NCBI GenBank assembly: GCA_963791285.1
Contig: CAWBSC010000023.1
Coordinates: 259,818 to 323,817, forward strand
Direction of reading: 5' to 3'
From: an uncultured delta proteobacterium
Lineage (GTDB): Bacteria > Desulfobacterota > Desulfobacteria > Desulfobacterales > SpSt-501
DNA length: 64,000 nt
The notes under the pieces: generated by a model
Databases searched by the model: none
What the model was told of the DNA's origin: nothing
Seen by the model: only the letters and a program-made list of their open reading frames with translations
Shown here: in pieces, positions 8,398-20,026 of the stretch
Layout: the number at the start of each line of letters is the position of its first letter
How positions within the stretch are numbered: the first letter of the stretch is position 1
Position numbers and translations under genes: made by a program

Positions 8398-9215
8398 CTC
8401 CAGGCCTCGGAGTGGATGACCCCGCTGTAAACGAGGCGGGCGTCGCCCTCCTGGTGCACGTCGCAGAACCGGCCCGCGCGCTGCTCGAAGTACACCGTCA
8501 GGACCTCGCCGCCGGCCGTGCGCACCCGCACCGGCGAGGGCAGCCCGAGCGCACGGGCCGCCACGAGCGCCCCGGCGGCCGCACCGGTGCCGCAGGCGAG
8601 CGTCTCCGCCTCGACCCCGCGCTCGTAGGTGCGGATCGCGATCCCGCCCGGCTCCGCGCTGATGAAGTCGGCGTTCGTGCCCGCGGGCGCGAACCGCGGG
8701 TGAAACCGGATCTCGCGGCCCACGGCGGCCACGTCCACGCGGCCGACGTCGTCGACCACGAGGACCGCGTGCGGGACCCCGGTGTCGACGCAGCTCACGC
8801 CGGCCGATCCGCCGGCGAGCTCCAGGCGCACATCGGTTTGAAGCTCCCCCGGCTCGGTCAGCTTCACCCGGACCCGGCGGCCGTCCACCCGGGCCGCGAT
8901 CACCCCCGCGCCGGTTTCGAAGCGCAGCCGCGGCCCGCAGACCCCCTGCAGGACGGCAAAGCGCGCGGCGCAGCGGGCGCCGTTGCCGCACATGGCGGCC
9001 GGGCTCCCGTCCGCGTTGAAGAAGCGCCAGCGAAAGTCGGCCGTCTGCGAGCCCTCGATGAGGATGACCCCGTCCGCGCCGACCGACAGGCGCCGCCGGC
9101 AGACCCCGACGACGAAGGCATCGAGCCTCCCCTCGTCCAGCGTGCCGCCGCGGTTGTCGATCAGGATGAAATCGTTCCCGCTGCCGCTCATCTTGGTGAA
9201 CGGCACCGTGTCCAT
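8394..9215 (-). CDS. dapF: diaminopimelate epimerase
   Basis: FTKMSGSGNDFILIDNR plus the two catalytic Cys motifs (MCGNGARC and ACGTGA). Confidence 0.9.
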   Translation of the reverse strand: MDTVPFTKMSGSGNDFILIDNRGGTLDEGRLDAFVVGVCRRRLSVGADGVILIEGSQTADFRWRFFNADGSPAAMCGNGARCAARFAVLQGVCGPRLRFETGAGVIAARVDGRRVRVKLTEPGELQTDVRLELAGGSAGVSCVDTGVPHAVLVVDDVGRVDVAAVGREIRFHPRFAPAGTNADFISAEPGGIAIRTYERGVEAETLACGTGAAAGALVAARALGLPSPVRVRTAGGEVLTVYFEQRAGRFCDVHQEGDARLVYSGVIHSEAWR

Positions 9216-9228
9216 GCTGGCCGACCGC

Positions 9229-9702
9229 TCAGGGGGTGATGTGGACGACATTGGAGTCGCGGCCCTCCCGGTTCAATGCGGAGTAGCTCCGGACCTTGTA
9301 CTGGTAGCGGTACCCGGGTTCGAGGCGCTCGACGTACTGCTTGGCGCCGGACTCGACCGGGCCGGTCGGGCGCACGTCGCCGACCACCTGGAACTTCGGC
9401 GGGCAGCTCTGGCACTCGGCGGCCTCCTGCTCGGTCTGGCGCGAGCGCAGGACCTTGAACCCGACCGCCGGGCTGTCCTTATCGGGCGCGCCGGCCGGCA
9501 CCGTCCAGCTCAGCACGACCTCCTCGCCGCGCACCTGGAACGCCAGGTCCTTGACGGCAGGGGGCGGGTAGGTCCCGGGCTGGATCGGCGGCAGCTTGCG
9601 CCCGCACCCCGCCAGGACGGTGATTGCCGCCGCAACCAGCACGAGCGCGAAACGCACGGGGTGGCGCGGCCGCAGCGCTGCGTGGATCGGCGGCTCAGGC
9701 AT
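9229..9702 (-). CDS. lipoprotein of unknown function (beta-rich, Ig/FN3-like)
   Basis: Signal peptide with lipobox VLAGC. The start overlaps the argD stop by 8 nt. It sits between argD and dapF. Confidence 0.6.
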   Translation of the reverse strand: MPEPPIHAALRPRHPVRFALVLVAAAITVLAGCGRKLPPIQPGTYPPPAVKDLAFQVRGEEVVLSWTVPAGAPDKDSPAVGFKVLRSRQTEQEAAECQSCPPKFQVVGDVRPTGPVESGAKQYVERLEPGYRYQYKVRSYSALNREGRDSNVVHITP

Positions 9703-10915
9703 GGACCGGCTCCGGCCGCGGGGTCGCGGCGAAGAGCCGGTCCAGGAGATCGACCAGCCGGTCGATCTCCTCCGCCGTGACGATCAACGGGGGCACGAAC
9801 CGCAGGATGTTGCCCTGGACGCAGTTGATCAGGAACCCCGCGTCCATGCAGCGCTGCACGTACGGGTCCCCCTCGACCGCGAGCCGGATGCCGAGCAGCA
9901 GCCCCAGCCCGCGGACCTCTTCGATCACGGGGTGGCGCTGCCGCAGCCACTCGAGCCGGCCGCGGAAGTGCTCGGACGTCTTCCGGCAGCGCTCGACGAT
10001 ACCCTCGGATTCCATGATGCGGCAGACTTCCCGGGCGGCGGCGGACACGATCGGGGTGCCCCCGAAGGTCGACGCGTGGGCCCCCTGCCCGAAGGCCGCG
10101 CCGACGCTCTCCCGGGCCAGCATGGCGCCCATCGGCAGTCCGTTGGCGAGCGCCTTGGCGAGCGTCATGATGTCCGGGGCGATGCCGAAGTGCTCGTAGG
10201 CGAAGAGCGTGCCCGTGCGCCCCATCCCGGTCTGGATCTCGTCGAAGATCAGCAGCACCCCGGCCTGGTCGCAAAGCGCGCGCACCTCCTTGAGGTAGCC
10301 GGGCGACGGGCAGCGCACCCCGCCCTCGCCCTGAACCGGCTCGAGCAGCACCGCGCAGGTCGCGGGCCCGATGCGCTCCCGCAGCGCCGCCAGGTCGTCG
10401 AACGGCGCAAAGTCGAAGCCCTCGAGCAGCGGGTCGAAGCCGTGCTTGACCTTCTCCTGACCGGTGGCCGAGAGGGTTGCCATGGTGCGGCCGTGGAAGG
10501 ACTGCTCCATGCTGACGATGCGGAAGCGCTGCGGCTGCCCGGCGTCCTTGAAGTGCTTGCGCGCCAGCTTGATCGCGGCCTCGTTGGCCTCCGCCCCGCT
10601 GTTGCAGAAGAACACGCGGTCGGCGAAGCTGTGGCGCACGAGCCACTCGCCGAGCTCAATCTGCGGCAGCGTGTAGAAGAGGTTGGAGACGTGCCACAGG
10701 GTCTGGGCCTGGGCGCACAGCGCCGCGGCCACGGCCGGGTGGGCGTGGCCGAGGTTGCAGACGGCGATCCCGGCCACGAAGTCCGTGTAGGCCTTGCCGT
10801 TCTCGTCCCACACGGTGCAGCCGCTGCCGCGCGTCAGCACCAGCGGGAAGCGCTTGTAGGTCTTGAAGATGACGCCGTTCGCCCGGTCCATCGACTGCGT
10901 TGTTTCCATCGACAC
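9695..10915 (-). CDS. argD: acetylornithine aminotransferase (class III PLP aminotransferase)
   Basis: 406 aa, with FCNSGAEANEAAIKLAR, LLIFDEIQTGMGRTG and TFGG motifs. Confidence 0.8.
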   Translation of the reverse strand: MSMETTQSMDRANGVIFKTYKRFPLVLTRGSGCTVWDENGKAYTDFVAGIAVCNLGHAHPAVAAALCAQAQTLWHVSNLFYTLPQIELGEWLVRHSFADRVFFCNSGAEANEAAIKLARKHFKDAGQPQRFRIVSMEQSFHGRTMATLSATGQEKVKHGFDPLLEGFDFAPFDDLAALRERIGPATCAVLLEPVQGEGGVRCPSPGYLKEVRALCDQAGVLLIFDEIQTGMGRTGTLFAYEHFGIAPDIMTLAKALANGLPMGAMLARESVGAAFGQGAHASTFGGTPIVSAAAREVCRIMESEGIVERCRKTSEHFRGRLEWLRQRHPVIEEVRGLGLLLGIRLAVEGDPYVQRCMDAGFLINCVQGNILRFVPPLIVTAEEIDRLVDLLDRLFAATPRPEPVHA

Positions 10916-11046
10916 TCCTCTCCTCTATTCCTGCAAGTAAACGCGCTTAACGGACAGCCCGCGAAGCTCAAAGCTCATAGCACAGACAAAGGGTTACGTT
11001 GTCTCCTATCCCCTCCCGATAGAAAGGAAAATAGGATGGACCGGCA

Positions 11047-11174
11047 GCCAAAAGCAAGTATCGGGCCGTCAGCCAAGGCGCGCGGCCTTTTGGAAATCGC
11101 AGCATGCCGGAGGCATGTGAGCATTTGCAAAAGGCCGCGCAACGCCGGATCACGGCCCGAGACGCCGCTTTGGC
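11047..11174 (+). repeat. palindromic MITE-like repeat, subfamily A
   Basis: The core aagtatcgggccgtcagccaaggcgcgcggccttttggaaatcgcagcatgccggaggcatgtgagcatttgcaaaaggccgcgcaacgccggatcacggcccgagacgccg is near-identical to 21400-21512, and inverted at 29162-29275. It ends 2 nt from the hslU stop. Confidence 0.85.
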
Positions 11175-11176
11175 GT

Positions 11177-12544
<1,368 letters not shown>

Positions 12545-12581
12545 AGGCGTAGGGTCCGAGGCGGCAGGCCGCCGCCCGGGC

Positions 12582-13112
12582 TCACATCTCCTCGATCGTG
12601 ATCACGTCGTTGGTGTAGATGCAGATGGAGGCGGCGATGCCGAGGGCCTCCTCCGCGATGCGGCGCGCGTCCAGGCCCGTGTGGCGCAGCAGGGCGACCG
12701 CCGCGGCCTGGGCGACGGTCCCGCCCGAGCCGATCCCGATCACCCCCTCGTCGGGTTCGATCACGTCCCCGTTGCCCGAGACGAGATACATGTGCGTGGC
12801 GTCGACCGCGACCATGACCGCCTCCAGCCGCCGCATGGACTTGTCGGTGCGCCAGTCGCGCGCCAGCTCCGCCGCCGCCCGGGTGAGGTTGCCATTGTAG
12901 CGCTCGAGCTTTTCCTGGAGCCGCTCCGACAAGCTGAGCGCGTCGGCGGTCGCGCCGGCGAAGCCGACGATGATGCGGTCGTTGTAGATGCGGCGCACCT
13001 TGCGCGCGGTGTGCTTGATCACGCTCGCGTTCAGGGTGACCTGGCCGTCGCCGGCGACGGCCGTGCGCCCCTGGTGGCGGACGGCGAGAATGGTGGTCCC
13101 GTGGGTGATCAT
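12582..13112 (-). CDS. hslV: ATP-dependent protease peptidase subunit HslV
   Basis: 176 aa. The N-terminal [12 protein letters not shown] places the catalytic Thr after Met processing, followed by GDGQVT. Confidence 0.95.
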   Translation of the reverse strand: MITHGTTILAVRHQGRTAVAGDGQVTLNASVIKHTARKVRRIYNDRIIVGFAGATADALSLSERLQEKLERYNGNLTRAAAELARDWRTDKSMRRLEAVMVAVDATHMYLVSGNGDVIEPDEGVIGIGSGGTVAQAAAVALLRHTGLDARRIAEEALGIAASICIYTNDVITIEEM

Positions 13113-13154
13113 GCAGCGCCTCCGATCCGCGGCTGCGGCGAGGCCCGCTCCCGC

Positions 13155-14087
13155 TTACTTGCGGGGGTGGGCTTTGTCGTAGGTTTCCATCAGCCGCTCG
13201 ATGCTCACGTGGGTGTACTTCTGCGTGGTCGAGAGGTTTTTGTGCCCGAGCAGCTCTTGCACGCTGCGCAGGTCGGCCCCCGAGTCGAGCATGTGGGTGG
13301 CGAAGGTGTGGCGCAGGGTGTGCGGGGACACCGGCGTCAGGATGCCGCAGGCCGTCACGAGCTTCTTGAGGATGCGGGCGATCGAGCGCGCGGACAGCCG
13401 CTGCCCGTCGCGGTTCAGGAAGAGCGCGCCCCCGGGAGGCGCGGCGACGCCCGCCTGCTGGAGCGCGGCGCGGTAGCCGGCGATCGCCGCGAGGGCCTTG
13501 GCCCCGACCGGCACCACGCGCTCCTTGGCGCCCTTGCCGAACACCCGCACCGTCCCCGCGGCCGGGTCGACGTCGTAGACGTTCAGGCCGGCCAGCTCCG
13601 ACACGCGGATCCCGCAGGAGTAGAGCATCTCGAAGATCGCGCGGTTGCGGGCCGCGAGGACGCCGTCGGGCTCGATCGAGTCGAGCAGTCGGAAGACGGC
13701 GTCGACCGACAGGTACTCCGGCAGGTGCTGGCCCTGCTTCGGGGTGAGGATGCCTTCGACCGGGTTGACGTCGGTCACCCCCTTGCGGATCAGGAATTTG
13801 AAGAAGCTCCGCAGGGTGGAGAGCTTGCGCGCGATGCTCGACTTCTGGTTCTTGCCGTGCAGCCACCCGAGGTAACCGCGGATCATGACCGCGGTCACCG
13901 CCTGGAGGGCGGGAGCGCCCCCGTCCCGGCCGTTGCCCGTTGGAGCCTCCGCGGTGTCACCGAGGTAGCCGATGAACTCTTCCAGGTCCCGGGCGTAGGC
14001 CCGGCAGGTGTGCGCGGAGTAGCCCTTTTCGGCCGGCAGCGCTTCGATGAACGCGCGGACGGACTCCACCAGCGGGGACGGGGTCAT
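13155..14087 (-). CDS. xerC: site-specific tyrosine recombinase XerC
   Basis: 310 aa with an R..HxxR..Y catalytic set (SPHTLRHTFATHML...LLGHKNLSTTQKYTHV). It is syntenic with hslVU. Confidence 0.85.
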   Translation of the reverse strand: MTPSPLVESVRAFIEALPAEKGYSAHTCRAYARDLEEFIGYLGDTAEAPTGNGRDGGAPALQAVTAVMIRGYLGWLHGKNQKSSIARKLSTLRSFFKFLIRKGVTDVNPVEGILTPKQGQHLPEYLSVDAVFRLLDSIEPDGVLAARNRAIFEMLYSCGIRVSELAGLNVYDVDPAAGTVRVFGKGAKERVVPVGAKALAAIAGYRAALQQAGVAAPPGGALFLNRDGQRLSARSIARILKKLVTACGILTPVSPHTLRHTFATHMLDSGADLRSVQELLGHKNLSTTQKYTHVSIERLMETYDKAHPRK

Positions 14088-14158
14088 GGGGTCACGATCT
14101 TTCTATTTTCGCGATGCTCGATTCCGGATACCCGATGCGCGGCCACCCGGTCGTTCAG

Positions 14159-14209
14159 CCACACACCCACACACCAAAATACCCAAACACCCCAATACCC
14201 CTACCCCCC
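14159..14209 (-). repeat. G/T-rich tract with a canonical G-quadruplex motif on the minus (mRNA-sense) strand
   Basis: The minus strand reads GGGGGG-TA-GGGG-TATT-GGGG-TGTTT-GGG-TATTTTGGTGTGTGGGTGTGTGG. The TAG stop of the HAD gene lies inside it. It shares GGTGTTTGGGTATTT exactly with 15296-15370, in inverted orientation. Confidence 0.8.
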
Positions 14210-14803
14210 TGATGTCCACCGTATCAACCCCTCGATCTGGTCCCAGGAGGCCACCTCGATGAACGGGTGCGGTGCGCGGTTCCACGGCTGCACGAAGAGG
14301 ATCGGGTCGATCCCGGCGGCGTCCAGCGTGAAGCAGGTTTCGAGGCGGTCCTCCACGAAATGGGTGACCCCGCGCTCGAGCAGCACCTCGGTCTTGGCGT
14401 CGTAGGAGCCGGTCGCGACGATGTCCGCGCACTCGCCCGCGCACGGCATGATGCCGCGGATGAAGTCGGCGATCGGGCCGACCGTGGGCCGCGCGGTCAC
14501 GAACAGAACCGACCCGCAGCACCGCACCAGGCGGTTCAGCACCTCGGGCGCGCCCGGGACCGGGTTGAGCCGAGCGCGGTAGCCGCCCTCGAGCAGCCGC
14601 ACGATCACCCGGTCGATCACCGCGGCGGGCACGTCGAGGCACTCCTCGAGGTTGTAGCTGGTGATGTCCTCGTAGCGGATGCCCGTGACGTCGAACTCGT
14701 CGCGGGCGATGTCCAGGAAGAGCCGCATCGTGTCCGCGATGACCCCGTCGATGTCGAAGGCGATGCCCGTCGGCGCCACCTGCCCGCCGTTGCCGACCGC
14801 CAC
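14201..14803 (-). CDS. HAD-superfamily hydrolase (nucleotidase/phosphatase-like)
   Basis: HAD motif I FDIDGVIADT. A GTG start is proposed 5 nt after the stop of the upstream gene. The longer 320-aa ORF overlaps the Rho_N-like gene in another frame. Confidence 0.65.
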   Translation of the reverse strand: MAVGNGGQVAPTGIAFDIDGVIADTMRLFLDIARDEFDVTGIRYEDITSYNLEECLDVPAAVIDRVIVRLLEGGYRARLNPVPGAPEVLNRLVRCCGSVLFVTARPTVGPIADFIRGIMPCAGECADIVATGSYDAKTEVLLERGVTHFVEDRLETCFTLDAAGIDPILFVQPWNRAPHPFIEVASWDQIEGLIRWTSGG

Positions 14804-14808
14804 GGGGG

Positions 14809-15141
14809 TCAGGCCGCCTTCCGGGTCTGTTTTTTGAGCCGCGCGATCTGGCGCCGGCAGGCGGTCGCCTGCTTGCGATCCCGGGCTTCGAGGGCGGCGG
14901 CGCGCTGGGCCTTCAGGGCCCGGATCTTCTCTTTCAGGGTCCGAATCGACTCGCCGCCCTTCTTCGCCTTCGGCGCCTCGATGCCCTTGGACTTGCGCAG
15001 GGCGTCGATCAGCTCTTCCTTCTTCATCCCGTGCACGCCGGTCAGCCCCTCGATCCCCTTGGCCAGCTCCCGCAGCTCGGTCGCGGTGAACTTCTCCAGC
15101 GGCTGCTTCCAGTGCTCGATCTCTTTCTCGCTCATGGGCAC
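14809..15141 (-). CDS. Rho termination factor N-terminal (SAP-like) domain protein with Lys/Arg-rich coiled tail
   Basis: 110 aa with a Rho_N-type motif (FTATELRELAKGIEGLTGVHGMKKEELIDAL), then a basic helical tail. Confidence 0.65.
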   Translation of the reverse strand: MPMSEKEIEHWKQPLEKFTATELRELAKGIEGLTGVHGMKKEELIDALRKSKGIEAPKAKKGGESIRTLKEKIRALKAQRAAALEARDRKQATACRRQIARLKKQTRKAA

Positions 15142-15295
15142 GCGTCCTTTCCGTGGGGTTCAAAACACGGGGCGGAAGCCGTGCGGCCCCCGCCCGAACA
15201 CTGCGTGATCGCGGTTCCTCCGTCCGTCGTCAATCGGACGACTCCCCGGGGAATTTCATAGTCCGAATCGAATTTGACTGTCAATAGGGCCCCCC

Positions 15296-15370
15296 GGGGG
15301 GGGGGTAGGTGTTTTGGTGTTTGGGTATTTAGGTGTTTAGTGTTCAGTGTTTGGTGTTTGGGTCGGGTGG
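15296..15370 (+). repeat. G/T-rich short-word tract
   Basis: gggggggggtaggtgttttggtgtttgggtatttaggtgtttagtgttcagtgtttggtgtttgggtcgggtgg. It is the inverted partner of 14159-14209. Confidence 0.8.
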
Positions 15371-15376
15371 AGCGGA

Positions 15377-16144
15377 TCAGCTCGACTCGCCCCCGCCCTT
15401 CCCGCCCGCGGGCCGCAGGAACGGCGCGAACAGCTCGATCGGGATGGGCAGGAACGTGGTGGAGTTGCTCTCGGCCGCCATCTCGCTCATGGTCTGCAGG
15501 TAGCGCAGCTGCAGCGCGACCGGGTGCCGCTCGATGATCCCGGCGGCTTCGGTCAGCCGGTTGGCCGCCTGGTACTCGCCCTCGGCGTTGATCACCTTGG
15601 CGCGCCGCTCGCGTTCGGCCTCGGCCTGGCGCGCCATGGCACGCTGCATCTCCTGGGGCAGGTCGATGTGCTTGAGCTCGACCGTGGCGACCTTGATCCC
15701 CCAGGGCTCGGTGTGGGTGTCCAGGATCTCCTGCAGCTGGGCGTTGAGCTTTTCGCGGTTGGCCAGCAGGTCGTCGAGCTCCCCCTCGCCGCAGACGCTG
15801 CGCAAGGTGGTCTGCGCGAGCTGCGAGATGGCGTAGAGATAGTTCTCGACGTCGATGATGGCTTTAACCGAGTCGATGACCCGGAAGTAGATCACGGCGT
15901 TGACCTTAATCGACACGTTGTCGCGCGTGATCACGTCCTGGGGGTCGACGTCCATGGCCACCAGGCGCAGGCTCACCTTCACCATGCGGTCGACGAGGGG
16001 GATCAGCAGGATGAGGCCCGGGCCCTTGGCGCCGACCACCCGCCCCAGGCGGAAGACGACGCCGCGCTCGTACTCGTTCAGAATCCGCAGCGACGCGGAA
16101 AGGAAGAGAACCACGACCAGCACCACCGCGAGTATTGCGTACAT
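15377..16144 (-). CDS. SPFH/band-7 (stomatin/slipin-like) protein
   Basis: 255 aa with an N-terminal TM helix and an SPFH core ([16 protein letters not shown]...ITRDNV). It is paired with an upstream nfeD. Confidence 0.9.
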   Translation of the reverse strand: MYAILAVVLVVVLFLSASLRILNEYERGVVFRLGRVVGAKGPGLILLIPLVDRMVKVSLRLVAMDVDPQDVITRDNVSIKVNAVIYFRVIDSVKAIIDVENYLYAISQLAQTTLRSVCGEGELDDLLANREKLNAQLQEILDTHTEPWGIKVATVELKHIDLPQEMQRAMARQAEAERERRAKVINAEGEYQAANRLTEAAGIIERHPVALQLRYLQTMSEMAAESNSTTFLPIPIELFAPFLRPAGGKGGGESS

Positions 16145-16207
16145 GGCAGACCTCCTGACGTGAGACGGTCCTGTCCGGATGACGGCCGTCGTCGATAGCG
16201 TGAGCCC

Positions 16208-17572
16208 TCACTCCCCGTGGTCAACCGCCTTCGGGCCGGGCGCCCCCGGGCTCATCTCCGCGGGTTCCACCTCGAGGGACAACCCCCTCACCCGGGTCAC
16301 CCGCACGCGCCGGCCTTCCTCCAACCCGGCGGGGCCGACGGCGTTCCAGAGCTCCCCGTGCACGAAGACCTTGCCCTCCGGCCGCAACGCCTTCCGCACG
16401 ACCCCGATCTCCCCCACCATGCCGGCCGACCCGGTCGCGGGGCGCGAGCGCTGCGACCGGAACACCAGGAAGGCCGCGGCCGTGAAGGACCCGGAAACGA
16501 GCATCAGGGTGGGGATCAACACCTGCCAGGACAGCCGGTCCTCCGGGGAGTCCCCTTCAAACAGCATGAGCGAGCCGAGCAGCAGCGACACCATCCCAGC
16601 CACACTCAGCAGCCCATAGCTCGTGAGCTTCATCTCCAGCACGAAGAAGACCACGGCCAGAGCGATCAGCAGGATCCCGGCATAGTTCACCGGCAGCGTC
16701 TGCAAGGCGAAGAAGGCGAGCACCAGGCAGATGCCGCCGACCACCCCCGGGAAGAGCGCGCCGGGGTGGGAGAACTCGAAGTAGAGCCCCGCCAGCCCGA
16801 TCATTAGCAGCAGGTAGGCGACGTTGGGGCTGCTGATGGCGCGCAGCACGCGGTAGCGCAGCCCCTCCTCGAGCTCGACCTTGCGCGCGGGGTCGAGCGC
16901 CAGCCGGCCCTTGCCCGGCACCTCGCGGCCGTTGATTTGTCGGATGAGGTCGTCGACGTCGGTCGCGATCAGGTCGACCACGTGCTCCCGCAGCGCTTCG
17001 GTCTCGGTCGCCGAGACGCTCTCGCGGATCGCACGCTCCACCCACGCGGCGTTGCGGCCGCGGCGCTCGGCTACGCTACGCGCGTTGGCCGCCATGTCGT
17101 TGACGATCTTCTCGGACATGGTGCCGCCGATGTCCTGACCGCCGGCCCCCACCGGGTGGGCCGCGCCGATGTTGGTCCCCGGCGCCATGGCGGCGATATC
17201 CGCGGCCAGGGTGATCATCACCCCCGCGGAGGCCGCCCGCGCGCCGCCCGGAGCGACGAAGACCACCACCGGCACGGGGCTGGCGAGGATGTCCTGGACG
17301 ACGCGGCGCATGGAATCGGCCAACCCCCCGGGCGTGTCGAGCTCGATCACCACGCACCCGGCCCGGTCCAGCTCCGCTTTCTTGAGGCTGTGGTGGATGA
17401 ACTCGGCCGTGCCCGGGCCGATGGCGTCGGCGACGCGAACGAGGTAGGTTTCGGCCGGGTCCGCAGCCGCCGGGGCCGGCATCAGGGCCGCCAGCGCGAG
17501 CAGAGCGATGAACGCACGGCAGGCGCGCAGCAGCAGCGCGCGCCGCCGCGTCGCAACGGAGAATCGTTCCAT
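16208..17572 (-). CDS. nfeD: NfeD-family membrane-bound ClpP-class serine protease
   Basis: 454 aa, made of a signal peptide, a ClpP-like domain, multiple TM helices and a C-terminal OB-fold NfeD domain (GEIGVVRKALRPEGKVFVHGELWNA). Confidence 0.85.
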   Translation of the reverse strand: MERFSVATRRRALLLRACRAFIALLALAALMPAPAAADPAETYLVRVADAIGPGTAEFIHHSLKKAELDRAGCVVIELDTPGGLADSMRRVVQDILASPVPVVVFVAPGGARAASAGVMITLAADIAAMAPGTNIGAAHPVGAGGQDIGGTMSEKIVNDMAANARSVAERRGRNAAWVERAIRESVSATETEALREHVVDLIATDVDDLIRQINGREVPGKGRLALDPARKVELEEGLRYRVLRAISSPNVAYLLLMIGLAGLYFEFSHPGALFPGVVGGICLVLAFFALQTLPVNYAGILLIALAVVFFVLEMKLTSYGLLSVAGMVSLLLGSLMLFEGDSPEDRLSWQVLIPTLMLVSGSFTAAAFLVFRSQRSRPATGSAGMVGEIGVVRKALRPEGKVFVHGELWNAVGPAGLEEGRRVRVTRVRGLSLEVEPAEMSPGAPGPKAVDHGE

Positions 17573-17576
17573 GGGG

Positions 17577-18290
17577 TCACCCCCCGTACGGGTACTCCTG
17601 CATGAGCAGCTTCATGTCCTCCCACACCTCGCGCTTGTGCTCCGGGTTGCGCAGGAGGTAGGCCGGGTGGAAGGTTGGCAGCACTTTAAAACCGTCGACC
17701 TCGTGGAAGCGGCCGCGCAGGCGCGAGATCGGCACGCGGGTGCGCAGCAGCGTCTGCGCGGCGCACGCGCCCAGGGTGCAGACGAACACGGGACGGATCG
17801 CGGCGATCTGGCGCCGCAGGAAGGGCGAGCAGCTCGCGATCTCGTCCTCCTCCGGCACGCGGTTGCCCGGGGGGCGGCACTTCACCACGTTGGCGATGTA
17901 GACGTCCTCGCGCCGCAGGCGGATCGCCTCGATGATTTTGGTCAGCAGCTGCCCGGCCGCGCCCACGAAAGGCTCGCCGGCCAGATCCTCCTCCTGCCCG
18001 GGGCCCTCGCCGACGAACACGAGCCGGGTGGCCGGGTTCCCCTGGCCGAAAACGATGTGCGTGCGCCCGCGTGATAGCTTGCAGCGCACGCACTCGCCGA
18101 GATCGCTCCGGACGTCGGCCAGGCTTTCCGCCGCCGGGGCCCGGGGCCGGGGCGAGACCCGCCCCCAGCGCGCGACCGCGTCCCGCGACTCGGGCGCGAA
18201 GGCGCCGGTCCGCGGCCGGGTGCGCGCGAGCTGCCGCAGGCTGCGGGCGGCCTCGTCGATCAGCTCGAGGAATGCGCCGCGGTCGACCAT
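17577..18290 (-). CDS. uracil-DNA glycosylase, family 4
   Basis: CxxC Fe-S cysteines (CVRCKL), GEGPGQEEDLAGEPFVG, and the HPAYLLR motif. Confidence 0.85.
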   Translation of the reverse strand: MVDRGAFLELIDEAARSLRQLARTRPRTGAFAPESRDAVARWGRVSPRPRAPAAESLADVRSDLGECVRCKLSRGRTHIVFGQGNPATRLVFVGEGPGQEEDLAGEPFVGAAGQLLTKIIEAIRLRREDVYIANVVKCRPPGNRVPEEDEIASCSPFLRRQIAAIRPVFVCTLGACAAQTLLRTRVPISRLRGRFHEVDGFKVLPTFHPAYLLRNPEHKREVWEDMKLLMQEYPYGG

Positions 18291-18312
18291 ACCCCCTCCG
18301 ACCCGGCCCGGG

Positions 18313-18765
18313 TCACTTCTTCGGCGGGGTGCCGTCGAAGGTCTCGTTCATCGGGACGACCCAGATGTCCGCGTAGGTCGTCAGGCTGTCCTCGGACAGG
18401 GCGATCACGGCCATGCGGTTGGCCTTCTGGAAGACCATGAGCGACTGCGGGGCCCGCATCACGGAGACCTGGCGCCAGCCCTCGTTGCCGAGGTTGTTCT
18501 GGAAGTACCGCATGAGCGAGCTCAGGTCGATCCGGCCCGACATGCGCAGAATGCCGATGCTCGCCCCGTCGCGGCGGTAGATAGCCGAGGCGTCCCGGTC
18601 GATGTCCATATCGCGCGGGACCAGGACGTCGTCGAACTCGCGCTGGTCGGGCAGGCGTTGAGGCTCGGGTTTGGCCGGGCCCTTCTCGAACAGGGCGCAG
18701 GCGCTCAGCAGCAGGAGCGACAGGGCAAGGGCCATCAGGCGGACGAACGGTTTACGGGTCGACAT
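18313..18765 (-). CDS. lipoprotein of unknown function
   Basis: 150 aa with a signal peptide and lipobox LLSAC. Confidence 0.6.
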   Translation of the reverse strand: MSTRKPFVRLMALALSLLLLSACALFEKGPAKPEPQRLPDQREFDDVLVPRDMDIDRDASAIYRRDGASIGILRMSGRIDLSSLMRYFQNNLGNEGWRQVSVMRAPQSLMVFQKANRMAVIALSEDSLTTYADIWVVPMNETFDGTPPKK

Positions 18766-18837
18766 GGGGGCGGCCTCCTTTCGGGCAACGGTGAAAAGGT
18801 GGTGAGAGGTCCGGAGCGCAGCTCGGGCTGCCGCGGC

Positions 18838-19794
<957 letters not shown>

Positions 19795-19915
19795 GCCCCA
19801 TCCTTTCGTTGACGGTCGATCTGCCGGCTCTATAGCACGGCGCCACCCGCCAGACAATGGCGCGAGGGGGTGGGCTCGGGGGTGAGGATCAAAAGCAAAA
19901 TTCAAGAGCAACAAC

Positions 19916-20019
19916 GGGTTCAGGGTTCAGACAAAGTCACAACCGGTTTGAAATCCTTTTTCATTCCTGAACACTGAACCCTTTATCCCGAAGACTGGCT
20001 GAACCCCGAACCCTGAACC
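19916..20019. repeat. GGGTTCAG-word inverted repeats
   Basis: GGGTTCAGGGTTCAG (19916-19930) against CTGAACACTGAACCC (19967-19981), 14/15 complementary, and CTGAACCCCGAACCCTGAACC (19999-20019). The word is related to the G/T-rich tracts elsewhere. Confidence 0.7.
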
Positions 20020-20026
20020 TGCTCCC

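Noticed and set aside
15296-15370. G/T-rich repetitive tracts as possible CRISPR or tandem-repeat arrays
   Set aside because: There is no constant repeat unit alternating with unique spacers. They are degenerate 6-8 nt words only, and no cas genes are present in the window.
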